A DNA stretch of 64,000 bases from Nitrospirales bacterium (lineage in GTDB: Bacteria; Nitrospirota; Nitrospiria; Nitrospirales; UBA8639). The notes under the pieces were generated by a model. That model was given only the letters and a program-made list of their open reading frames with translations. It did not search any database and had not been told where the DNA came from. The position numbers were made by a program, and so were the translations under genes. Shown here one piece after another: positions 39,936 to 48,911 of this stretch (positions are counted from its first letter, which is position 1; each line of letters begins with the position of its first letter). The stretch is from positions 1,568,001 to 1,632,000 of the forward strand of contig OY729426.1 in assembly GCA_963422365.1 (NCBI GenBank), given 5' to 3'.

Positions 39936-40372
39936 CCCTTATCCTTTAGTTGTTTGGTAATCCGTTGGGCCAGACGCCGCTCCTCCTCGGCGATGGGGGG
40001 AATGCGTCTCCAGCCGGATTGCGACCTCGCACCCATGGGAGAAAAAAACTCCCGGACTTGCCGAACGGAGATCCTGATCGGCTGCCGGGCTGCTTCGACA
40101 TTCAGAAAAAATCGGGCGCGTTCCTCGTTGGACTCGCGTGAAAACACCCCGGCTTTTCGCTTGGAAGCAAAACCCACCCAATCGGTCGTAATCACCCCCT
40201 TGTCCTTATCCGTTTGACTCAACGCGAATTCATCCACGCTCGCGAGGGCCACGGACCATGCCTGGTCATAGGAACAGCCGGCGTTCACGGTGCTGGGTGC
40301 GCCGCCGGAAAGAGCCGCGCACCCCACCGTGAAAACAACCAAGAGCACAGAAAGAACGATATGCTTACCCAT
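39917..40372 (-). CDS. Lipoprotein (BamC/DUF3576-like fold, tentative)
   Basis: Lipobox FTVGC; DKDKGVITTDW motif. Confidence 0.7.
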   Translation of the reverse strand: MGKHIVLSVLLVVFTVGCAALSGGAPSTVNAGCSYDQAWSVALASVDEFALSQTDKDKGVITTDWVGFASKRKAGVFSRESNEERARFFLNVEAARQPIRISVRQVREFFSPMGARSQSGWRRIPPIAEEERRLAQRITKQLKDKGCTVLS

Positions 40373-40428
40373 AAATTCCTTCCCCCATCTCCCCTGGAGG
40401 GAGAGGGCCGGGGTGAGGGGATCTTCGC

Positions 40429-41967
40429 CTAGAAGTACGTCGACATATTGAATTGCCACCCGTCGCGATTCGTGGCCGGGTCATTATTTTCCCTCTCATG
40501 TCTATTAAACGTATAGGCTATCTTGAGGACCGAATCTTCTATCGGCCGGAAATTGAGCCCCAGGGTCAACCGGTCGATGGCATTCGGGTTGCTGTCATCA
40601 TCGGTGTTGGTATCCACCTGTCCCCAACGAACGATGCCCGTAAACGTCGAGTCCTGGCCGAAGTAGCCGGGCAAGGCCCTGGTGAGCCCATCCGGCATAA
40701 AGTGGTAATTCAATTGCACGTAATAGCCGAACATATTTTCGGGGACGACGTAACTTCTTCCGAAAGATACATCCTGAAGGCGCCTCGTTGCTCCGGTAGT
40801 ATCCTGAGTGAATATTCGACTCGCAGGACACTGACTTTCATCTTCCAGGGTACAAATCGACTGTGTCCCGCTCCCTTCGGCGTTGGCCCAGGCGGCTTCA
40901 CCCTGGATGTCAAAGGGCCCTCGTTGCAGGTTCCCGTCGATGGCGAGCAGGGTCAGGTAATGGTCCTCAGGGTCGTCCTCCTTGTTCCATTGGCCGTGGT
41001 GAATGGACCCGGCCACCTCGACTCCCAACACAGGGCTGAACGAGATACGGCTGACAATCGCCTTGTTTCGGTTGTTATCCTTTTGAAAACTTCCGCGAGC
41101 AGATCGCAACCCGCTTCCTTCTTCGACCGAAAACTGGCCGTCATCGCCCACAAAACCATTCGTGAGGTAAAATTCGTAGTCGATCTTGGAAAGCGCGGTC
41201 GGATAGACCGTGCCGAAAAAGCCGATCCCGCTTTCGGCAAACGTGGAAGGCAGGATCAATCGGCTCACCATAGGCCGAAGCGGCAAATCGTTCAAGGGCG
41301 AGTCGTGGATGAGGTTGAACCGGCCCATGGGCATCAGGATGATGCCCCCACGCAGGTTGAATGCGTCGTTGAACCGGTAGTCCATGGTGGCGAATTCCAT
41401 CTTGATGTCCCCGTCCCCTTGGTTGCCCTGGGGGCCGCCGTGTTCAACCTCGAGTTCAGCGGCCACGCTGAGCCGGTCCGTGACCTGGGAATAGAAGAAC
41501 GGCACGAAGCGTTCCTGGTCGAAATCAATCCCGTTTCTACAATCCCGTGAGCCTCCTGAATTGTGTTTCGCGCCAGGCTTGCCGTCACAGTCCGAGATTG
41601 TGAAGTCGATGTACCCGCCGATGATGGTTTTCGGCGCCTTGACAAAAGGTCTGGCGTAGATGGTCCGTCCACCCTGCAGGCCAGCACCACCCGAGAAGTC
41701 CGTGCCGTATCGGATTGACTGTTTTGTGGTGTCGCCCATGGCCGGCGCGGAAGTCCCCATTTTGCGCGGGGGCTGCGGTGCCGCTATGGCCGGCCCTCCC
41801 GCTGCAGGTGGCTGCTGCTGTTGTCGCTGTTGTTTTGACCACTCTTCAAACATTTTTCGTATCTGTTCCATTTGGGCAGGAGTAAATTCTTCTCCCTCGG
41901 CCCAGACAGTTGTGTGCGGCACAATCATGAGGACCATCATTGCCCCCGCGATCAATAATCGTCGCAT
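40429..41967 (-). CDS. Outer-membrane porin-like beta-barrel
   Basis: Signal peptide, short helical N-terminus, beta-strand pattern (IIGGY, ELEVEHG, EFATMDY, PMGRFN..H), C-terminal aromatic STYF; GGAGG RBS. Confidence 0.8.
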   Translation of the reverse strand: MRRLLIAGAMMVLMIVPHTTVWAEGEEFTPAQMEQIRKMFEEWSKQQRQQQQPPAAGGPAIAAPQPPRKMGTSAPAMGDTTKQSIRYGTDFSGGAGLQGGRTIYARPFVKAPKTIIGGYIDFTISDCDGKPGAKHNSGGSRDCRNGIDFDQERFVPFFYSQVTDRLSVAAELEVEHGGPQGNQGDGDIKMEFATMDYRFNDAFNLRGGIILMPMGRFNLIHDSPLNDLPLRPMVSRLILPSTFAESGIGFFGTVYPTALSKIDYEFYLTNGFVGDDGQFSVEEGSGLRSARGSFQKDNNRNKAIVSRISFSPVLGVEVAGSIHHGQWNKEDDPEDHYLTLLAIDGNLQRGPFDIQGEAAWANAEGSGTQSICTLEDESQCPASRIFTQDTTGATRRLQDVSFGRSYVVPENMFGYYVQLNYHFMPDGLTRALPGYFGQDSTFTGIVRWGQVDTNTDDDSNPNAIDRLTLGLNFRPIEDSVLKIAYTFNRHERENNDPATNRDGWQFNMSTYF

Positions 41968-42143
41968 CGAACGACCTCCTTGTTGTTGGGGACTCTGCCT
42001 GTCCTCTGGATTACTCAAGGGGCTCTTGTGGCCCTCAAATTCCGTCTTGGTATTGTGTGTGTCTAGTGGATTTCCACCTCTCTAATATACCTCCCTCTCC
42101 CCCTGTGGGAGAGGGGCGGGGTAAGGGGGGGCTTACCCTTTTG

Positions 42144-42341
42144 CTAATAGCCGCATGGCGCTAAGATGACTTCGGTTTCCTTGAGACTGTTATAGGAAAT
42201 AGAGACGATGCGTTTACAGCGTTTACACTTGAGTTCAAGGTTCTCTCCGCGAATTTTTGCGATGAGTTGGCCGCATTCACATCTCGCCTCTGTAGGCTTG
42301 AATTGCTTCCCTAGCCACCGAGTATTTCGATCAGCATCCAT
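42144..42341 (-). CDS. Com-like Cys4 zinc-ribbon microprotein
   Basis: EARCECGQLIAK...LELKCKRCKRIV; first gene after a Fur-boxed promoter. Confidence 0.75.
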   Translation of the reverse strand: MDADRNTRWLGKQFKPTEARCECGQLIAKIRGENLELKCKRCKRIVSISYNSLKETEVILAPCGY

Positions 42342-42389
42342 TGAATTCAAAAGAAAGTTGTGGAGTTTCCAAAAAACCCCTAATCAAAA

Positions 42390-42467
42390 ATTAGAATGAT
42401 ACTTGTTTTTATTTAAATTGATTTTGAGAACTTTTATTAACATAGAGCAAGTTTTGTGGCTTGTCAA
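42390..42467 (-). promoter_or_regulatory. Sigma70 promoter with overlapping Fur-box-like operator
   Basis: TTGACA (42462-42467), 17 nt, TATGTT (42439-42444); TTGATTTTGAGAACTTTTATTAA (42418-42440). Confidence 0.75.
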
Positions 42468-42544
42468 CTCTTTTCGGTCATAAAGAAAAATATGACTGCA
42501 ACCTGTTGATCGTATTGGTAAAATGAGATGATTGACTCTTATCC

Positions 42545-42670
42545 GGCCTCTCCCTTGGAGGGAGAAGGCCGAAGAAGTGGATCCCCGCTAAAAACTGCGG
42601 GGAGGACAAGAGGATGTACTGCGGGGATGACAAGCAAGAGCACGAAGGACAAGAAAGAACGGGAATGACC
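42545..42670. repeat. Palindromic repeats
   Basis: CCTCTCCC..GGGAGA hairpin (also ~40385, ~42092); CCCCGCTAAAAACTGCGGGG and degenerate GGGAATGAC tails. Confidence 0.65.
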
Positions 42671-42739
42671 GCATGAATTCCGAAAGGCCATCAAAGCGTA
42701 GTTGTCTGGGGTCTCAGCCGTGAGGCCAACGCAGGGACT

Positions 42740-43319
42740 ATGATGGGCAGAAAAGTCTTGTTGGGGGTAGCGATTCTTTCTCTTGTTGTTGTGACGGGAT
42801 GTGCGTCAGGGCTTTCGGATACTTCCCCGGACTCGATGACGAGTGAATTGGCGTTTGGCTATGTTCGAGTCGAGACCAAAGGGCCTCATCCGCGTGCGTT
42901 TCCAACCAAACTGAGGTTTTTCCCCCTGACCAATCAAGAGACGGGAGCACGATTTCGAGTTGACGTAAATTCCAAATCGGGCGTGTTTTCGATGAGATTA
43001 CCGGCTGGACCGTATTCCATTGACCGAGTGCAATTTAATGCAGGCCCGTTTCAGGTTGAATCCCATGTGCAATTGACATTTCAGGTACCCAAAAAGAAGT
43101 TGGCTAGGGGGCTGGCAATTTGAGGTCGAAACGCCGCGTACCGTTCGGCTTGTGCGGATTCGGATTCTTGAAGGGGATGCGGAGTTCTCAAAGAAATTTT
43201 CCGCGGATCTCGGATCAGAACGAGCACCCATTGAAACGACGTTGCCGAAACCTGAGACATTCGAAGCTCGTGTGTTTTCGGTTGCCCCTCAACCGAGAGT
43301 CAAATATTTCCGTCGTTGA
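42740..43319 (+). pseudogene. Lipoprotein, frameshifted
   Basis: Lipobox VVTGC; after KKKLA a shifted frame continues GWQFEVETPRTVR...PRVKYFRR* and stops just before apbE; shift at ~43100-43112. Confidence 0.65.
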
Positions 43320-43335
43320 TAAACTGCCTGACAAA

Positions 43336-44370
43336 ATGATGAAAGGGGTTCCTCTCGTCTTGGTTGGACTCTTGGGTGTCTCTTTCGCGTGTTGGCCGGG
43401 CTTCAGTCTGCAGGGATATGCTGCCGCACCCCATGTGGCCAAGCGCGGCCAAATGCATATGGGGACCCTGGTCTTTTTGACGTCCGTCGCCCCAAATGAA
43501 CGGGTGGCTCACGATGCCATTGAAAAAGGGTTTGCCGAAATTCACCGCCTGGAAGAAATCTTGAGTGCGTGGATTCCAGACAGTGAACTCTCCCGCGTCA
43601 ATGCCGCGGCAGGGAAAACGCCCATCAAGGTCAGTCCGGAAACCTTAGAGGTCTTGGCGCGCTCTGTAGACATGGCTCGAGTGACCGATGGGGGTTTCAA
43701 CGTTGCTATTGGTCCGGCCGTAGAGGCCTGGAATATTAGTCGTGAAGGGCGTATCCCGACTCAGGAAGAATTAGAGGCCACACGTCCTTCCATGGATCTT
43801 TCCGCTATTCATCTCAATAAGGACGCGGGCACCGTATATCTGGCTCGTTCCGGGATGCAGGTGGATATCGGCGGGATCGGCAAGGGATATGCCGCGGATT
43901 TCGTGGCCCGCGTGATGCGAGAAGCCGGTGCCTCAGCGGGCGTGGTCGCCATTTCCGGGGATATTACAACCTTTGGGCGCTTGCCCGATGGCCAACGTTT
44001 CGTGTTCGGCATCCAGCATCCTCGAAAAGAGAATGGGATCACGATCGGGCAACTTGAACTCGAAGATGAGGCCGTTTCCACGGCTGGTGATTACCAACGA
44101 TATTTTCTGAAGGACGGCATTCGTTATCATCACATTCTCGACCCTCAAACGCTTCAGCCCGCGCGTCTCTCTCAGAGTGTGACCATCGTAGCCCAAACCG
44201 GTGTGCTTGCCGATGGGCTCGATACGGGAATTTTTGTCATGGGTCCGGAAAAAGGGATGGCTTTGATTGAACGCCTGCCCGGAGTCGAAGGCGTGATTGT
44301 CGGTGCGGATGGAACCGTGTCCGTCTCTTCGGGATTACAAGACCGGTTGCAGATGAGTCCAGGGCCGTAA
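43336..44370 (+). CDS. apbE: FAD:protein FMN transferase
   Basis: HMGT, SELSRVN, DIGGIGKGYA, STAGDYQRYF...YHHILDP, ADGLDT. Confidence 0.95.
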   Translation: MMKGVPLVLVGLLGVSFACWPGFSLQGYAAAPHVAKRGQMHMGTLVFLTSVAPNERVAHDAIEKGFAEIHRLEEILSAWIPDSELSRVNAAAGKTPIKVSPETLEVLARSVDMARVTDGGFNVAIGPAVEAWNISREGRIPTQEELEATRPSMDLSAIHLNKDAGTVYLARSGMQVDIGGIGKGYAADFVARVMREAGASAGVVAISGDITTFGRLPDGQRFVFGIQHPRKENGITIGQLELEDEAVSTAGDYQRYFLKDGIRYHHILDPQTLQPARLSQSVTIVAQTGVLADGLDTGIFVMGPEKGMALIERLPGVEGVIVGADGTVSVSSGLQDRLQMSPGP

Positions 44371-44644
44371 CCGGTTCGGGGAAGGCAGGCTCTGTCATGC
44401 CCGCCGGGGTGTGATCGGGCATCCATCTGGCTTGTTCAACGCTTGTCCTCATGAAAGGGGAAGGGCAATCCAATCTGGATTCCCGCTAGAAACTGCGGGA
44501 ATGACCATTTCAACAAGCCCAGACCACGTCAGGCGCTAAACGCGAAAACATCCAAACAAATGAATGAGTCTTGTCAACGAATAAGTGAGGGACTTATACG
44601 GAATGCTAGTCGGTGGGATTAGTTGAACGAGTGACTAGAAACCG

Positions 44645-44796
44645 TTATTGCGTGGGGAATAGAACGCGATAAAGAAGATCATCGCGAGATACGAGAAATA
44701 CGTTTGAGGCAACTTCGTAATGGTCTGGATAGTGTGTTTCTAGGAGTTTTTTCGTTTCACCAGTTGGCTTGATTAGCACAACTGCAACACAGACAT
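44645..44796 (-). pseudogene. Possible AT-rich gene remnant
   Basis: GGAGG RBS and ATG, then after a shift AVVLIKPTGETKKLLETHYPDHYEVASNVFLVSRDD; near a MITE-end fragment (44572-44588). Confidence 0.3.
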
Positions 44797-44994
44797 TGTG
44801 CCTCCTTTCTCTTCGTGAGAGAAACTCAGGATATGAAATCCTTTTCCCCTAGCAAACCTATTATTTAAAATACTTATCCGTGCCAAATCGAAACGCCTAA
44901 CAAGTGATTATGGTTCCATGTTCAGCATTTATTATCCCCGACGGCAAGGATTAACAGTCTGAACCCATGCTATTTTCACAGGGCATGGTTACTT

Positions 44995-45210
44995 TCGGGA
45001 AGGACAGTCATCACGGTCATTCCCTCTCTGGTGTGAGCGGGAATCCATTCCCCGATTAAAACCTTCGGAGACATGCTGGTTTTTTCTGCGCGTGTCCTCA
45101 CGCCTGTCCCCTCCACCCCAGCCCCCGACTCAAGGCCGGGGGCTGGCTCTCTCTCCATGGGAGGGATACATACGAAGTGAATTCCAGCTAGACACTGCGG
45201 GAATGACAAT
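44995..45210. repeat. REP-like composite
   Basis: GTCATTCCC...GGGAATCC, TCCCCGATTAAAACCTTCGG, CTGCGGGAATGAC; similar unit at 44390-44505. Confidence 0.6.
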
Positions 45211-45215
45211 ACGAT

Positions 45216-45974
45216 TTATTGTTCGTCGTCTTCGTTTTTCTTATGCATCATATTGCCGCCATGGGCCTTCATGCGTTCGTGAATGTTATCCATCCGAGAT
45301 CGTTGCTCGGGGGACAACACGGCTTTGGCGTCCCGCTTGGCTTTGATTGAAGCCATGTAGAGCTTCGTCTTCAAGGCATGCATGGCGTTGAATTGCACTT
45401 CAATGTCGGAGAGACTCGCTTTCTCGTCTTTCAAGACTTCATGCAGGTCGACACTGGCTAATTGCACTTCGGCCTTCATCTTGATCCGAGTCTTCTTATA
45501 CGTCGTCTTGAGCGCATGAAGTTGCTGCTCTTGTTTGGCTGTTACACTCATTCCTTCTTTAAATTTCAATAGATGCGTAATAAATTCCGTTGCGCCCTGA
45601 TGGGTGCCGGGATGCGTAGAACCGAAACCATGGCGATCATGCCCTTTGGTGTGGTGGCTTCCGTATCCTGACGAATGCATTGGATGATGCCCTTTGCCAT
45701 GCCTCTTATGCATGCCATCATGTTGGGAAGACCGGGAATCGTCACCATGCCCCTGATACGAATCTTTTGGGTGATGGCCGCCGTCATGGGGCAATGCGCT
45801 CGATTTGCCGTGATTATGGAGGCTGGTGGCAGCATGAGCATCCTTCGAATCTTCATGCGGCAATCCATGCATAGAGTCAGGAGGGTCGGCAAAAGCTGGA
45901 ACGGCAGACAGCAAAACGAGCATGGTCAACAGGGAAACAGGTGAAAACCAGGAAGGTGGTTCATGGATTCTCAT
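45216..45974 (-). CDS. Exported His-rich Spy/CpxP/ZraP-like protein
   Basis: AAGGAGG RBS, signal peptide (AFA-D), 21 His in ~95 aa, LTxxQ-type motifs VTAKQ and VLSPEQR. Confidence 0.8.
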   Translation of the reverse strand: MRIHEPPSWFSPVSLLTMLVLLSAVPAFADPPDSMHGLPHEDSKDAHAATSLHNHGKSSALPHDGGHHPKDSYQGHGDDSRSSQHDGMHKRHGKGHHPMHSSGYGSHHTKGHDRHGFGSTHPGTHQGATEFITHLLKFKEGMSVTAKQEQQLHALKTTYKKTRIKMKAEVQLASVDLHEVLKDEKASLSDIEVQFNAMHALKTKLYMASIKAKRDAKAVLSPEQRSRMDNIHERMKAHGGNMMHKKNEDDEQ

Positions 45975-46152
45975 GTTCGGTTCCTCCTTATGAATGGTTG
46001 GTCGATGGGATAAAGGGTTTGTCGGTGTGAAGTTTTCAACATTCGCGGGGTGTCCTCTGAGTGACGACAATAGGCCATTATAAAACACTGAAGATAGTGA
46101 TTGCGAATTGAGGCCTTGGCCTGTTTCAAGTGACGCCAAGAGAAAACGCGCA

Positions 46153-47220
46153 TCACGCATTTCTGTCAAAGAGTACCGTGTGGGTGGCAATGACGTTCAA
46201 TCCCACCTTTGAGTCGAGAGGGAACAATTGGGTCGAGGCTTCGCTGCTATGAACGAGATCGCCGGAAGCCAGGCGGATTCCATAAATCGTCTCCGAGCCT
46301 CGAAACTGCCGGGATTCAACGGTTCCGTCTCCGTTATTGGTTCCACAAATTTGGATGTCATCCGGTCGAATCATGACCACGACTTCAGGGCCGCCCGGGT
46401 AGCCGTTCGGCATCGGGAACGTGCCGAGTTGAGTCACGACGACAGAATCGTGGATGGTTCCAGGGATGAAGTCGGCGTGCCCCACAAACTCCGCGACAAA
46501 GGGCGAAACCGGAAGATGGTATATGGTTTCGGGTGCTGCGAATTGTTCGAGTTTCCCGTTATTCAAGACGGCCACGTCATCAGCCATGGCAAAGGCTTCT
46601 TCATGATCATGCGTGACGAGAACGGCGGTGGTTTGAGTTTTTTTCAGCAAGTGCAGGAGTTCCATGCGCATGCGGCAAGTCGTATCCGGATCCAGGTTGC
46701 TGAACGGCTCGTCCAACAGGAGCAGCACCGGTTGGGGGGCAAGGGCGCGTGCCAATGCCGCGCGTTGCTGTTGGCCGCCCGACAGCGAATGAGGGTATCG
46801 TCGGGCAAGTTCTGAAAGCCCTGTGAGAGACAACATCTCATCAATTTGGCCCCTCCGGTTGTTTGCTGTTGCATGCGGCAACCCGAATCCCACGTTATCC
46901 TGTACGGTCAAGTGCGGAAAGAGCGCATAGTCCTGAAAAACCATGCCGACCCGCCGTTGTTCGGTGGGGACGTGCCGATCAGTCGCCGAGACGATTGCCC
47001 CGTTCAGCCTGATTTCGCCGGCGGACACCGATTCAAATCCCGCGATAGCCCGAAGCGTTGTGGTCTTCCCGCATCCTGACGGCCCTAACAGACAAATAAT
47101 GTCACCTTTCTGAGCCGAAAAGGAAATCCCTTCTAGCGCTAAGGTGTCGGCTTCATACGAGCAGGCGACGTCTTTCATCTCGAGCACAATGGGCTTGTCG
47201 TCGGGAGGTCGTGGCATCAT
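46153..47220 (-). CDS. fbpC: Fe3+ ABC transporter ATPase
   Basis: GPSGCGKTT, VFQDYALFPHL, LSGGQQQR, TOBE tail. Confidence 0.88.
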   Translation of the reverse strand: MMPRPPDDKPIVLEMKDVACSYEADTLALEGISFSAQKGDIICLLGPSGCGKTTTLRAIAGFESVSAGEIRLNGAIVSATDRHVPTEQRRVGMVFQDYALFPHLTVQDNVGFGLPHATANNRRGQIDEMLSLTGLSELARRYPHSLSGGQQQRAALARALAPQPVLLLLDEPFSNLDPDTTCRMRMELLHLLKKTQTTAVLVTHDHEEAFAMADDVAVLNNGKLEQFAAPETIYHLPVSPFVAEFVGHADFIPGTIHDSVVVTQLGTFPMPNGYPGGPEVVVMIRPDDIQICGTNNGDGTVESRQFRGSETIYGIRLASGDLVHSSEASTQLFPLDSKVGLNVIATHTVLFDRNA

Positions 47221-47291
47221 ATCCGTCTAAGAAAAATCTTCCTTGCCGGATTTGCTAAAGCGGATCTCATGGCAGAGTGGACACGGTGAGG

Positions 47292-48911
47292 TTACGTCGG
47301 TTGTCGATCTTTTTGCATCAATAATAACACGACCGGAATGGTAATGACCACGATCAGCAAGGCCGGAGGCGCAGCTAATTGATACAGTTCCTCACTGGCT
47401 TCAAGCCAAATTCTGACGGCGAGTGTGTCGAATCCCACGGGACGCAGCAGGAGTGAAGCCGGCAATTCCTTCATACATTGGACAAACACGAAGATCCAGG
47501 CACTCAGAAACCCACCTCGCACCAACGGCAGGGTCACGTGAAAAAAGGTTCGAAGGGATCGAGCCCCAAGGCTTCGCGCCGCCTCTTCGAGATTCGGCGT
47601 GAGCTGCTGAAGGGTGGATTCCATGCCTTGCAGTGCTGCCGGGAGAAAATGGACCAAATAGGCCAGGAGCAAGACGAGCACCGTGCCATACAGTTGTGGA
47701 ATGGTGTGCGAGACCAAGACGAATACGGCGAGGGCGGCGACCGGCCCTGGAAGCACATAGCCGGTATACGCCCCTTGCACACAAAAAGTACTGGTCCAGG
47801 TCTGATGTCGGCACGCTAAATAGGCGAGGGGAATTCCACAGATTACGGCCACCGTGGCCGTGATACTCGAGAGCGAGACACTGTTCCACACGTATCCGAT
47901 GAATTCATGAGAAATCTCACCGGCAGACGCGGCTTTAACAGTCCATTGAATGAGCAGAAGCACCGGCAGGCCGAAGGCCGCTCCGAACACGAGAAGAAGA
48001 TAGCCTGTAAACAGCAGAGCCGTGAAGGGAGGGCAAGGTTGAGGAACCGGTGTTCGATACCGGCCGGTGGTTTGGTAAAACCGGCTCCGTTGTCGGAACC
48101 ACCGTTCGCCGAACAGAAAGATAAATGCGCACGCGACTAATACCAGACTCAAACAGGCGGCTGCCGTGTTGTCGAATCGTCCGGTCATTTGCTGGTACAC
48201 GGCATAGGTAAAAGTTTGAAAGCGCAACAGCGAAACCGCGCCGAAATCAGAAGCGACGTAGAGAATCGCCAAGAAAAGTCCGGCGATCAGTGATGGGCGG
48301 ATGAGCGGAAGCGACACTCGGAAGAACGTCGTCACTCGATTGGCTCCGGTCGTGCGGGCGACTTCTTCAAAGGAGATATTAAAATTTTTGAGAGCCGATC
48401 GAGCCAACAGGTATACAAACGGAAACGTGTTCAACGCAAGAATGAGAACCGCGCCTGCAAAACTAAAAGGTGAAAACAAAAGAGAGTCTGTTCCGGCCAT
48501 GGTTTGCCAGACGTGTTCCAGCGTGCCCCCGCGTTTTAACAGGTAGGTATAGGTATAGGCCAGAACGTAGGAGGGGATGGACAAGGGCAAAATCAGCAAC
48601 CAATCCCATATTCGGGACCCGAGAAAGGTATAACGAGTCAGGATCCAAGCGAGTGAGACTCCCAGGGTCAGATTCACGACTGCGACGCCAAGGGATAAGG
48701 AGAGCGTGTTGAAGAGTAATTCCGGGACCCGTGTAGCCCAGAGTCTTCGCCACACCGCCGGGTCTGCCGTTAGGGCCGAAAAGGCGATGTAGAACAACGG
48801 CAGCATGATCGCAAGGGCCAGGGAAAAGCCGAGCAGGACAAGCGGAGAAGGGAAACGAAAACGGAGCGATGACAGTGGGAGAAAAGGGTTAGCGGAGTCC
48901 AACGTCTTCAA
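47292..48911 (-). CDS. fbpB: Fe3+ ABC transporter permease
   Basis: Duplicated permease with EEVARTTG and EEAARSLG EAA loops, DFGAV, KELPA..LLRP. Confidence 0.9.
   Translation of the reverse strand: MKTLDSANPFLPLSSLRFRFPSPLVLLGFSLALAIMLPLFYIAFSALTADPAVWRRLWATRVPELLFNTLSLSLGVAVVNLTLGVSLAWILTRYTFLGSRIWDWLLILPLSIPSYVLAYTYTYLLKRGGTLEHVWQTMAGTDSLLFSPFSFAGAVLILALNTFPFVYLLARSALKNFNISFEEVARTTGANRVTTFFRVSLPLIRPSLIAGLFLAILYVASDFGAVSLLRFQTFTYAVYQQMTGRFDNTAAACLSLVLVACAFIFLFGERWFRQRSRFYQTTGRYRTPVPQPCPPFTALLFTGYLLLVFGAAFGLPVLLLIQWTVKAASAGEISHEFIGYVWNSVSLSSITATVAVICGIPLAYLACRHQTWTSTFCVQGAYTGYVLPGPVAALAVFVLVSHTIPQLYGTVLVLLLAYLVHFLPAALQGMESTLQQLTPNLEEAARSLGARSLRTFFHVTLPLVRGGFLSAWIFVFVQCMKELPASLLLRPVGFDTLAVRIWLEASEELYQLAAPPALLIVVITIPVVLLLMQKDRQPT

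Noticed and set aside
40453..41550. 365-aa + strand ORF and other long antisense ORFs (35803-36510, 63076-63825, 58029-58697)
   Set aside because: Shadows of well-supported genes on the opposite strand, with no motifs
43120..43335. N-terminal extension of ApbE in the ORF track
   Set aside because: Region is better explained as the frameshifted tail of the upstream lipoprotein; the ApbE signal peptide begins at 43336
44868..44888. Sigma54 promoter (TGGCACG on - strand)
   Set aside because: -12 element is AAGT instead of TTGC
46078..46115. Sixth Fur box upstream of the His-rich gene
   Set aside because: Only a weak match (about 10/19), although a TATAAT is present
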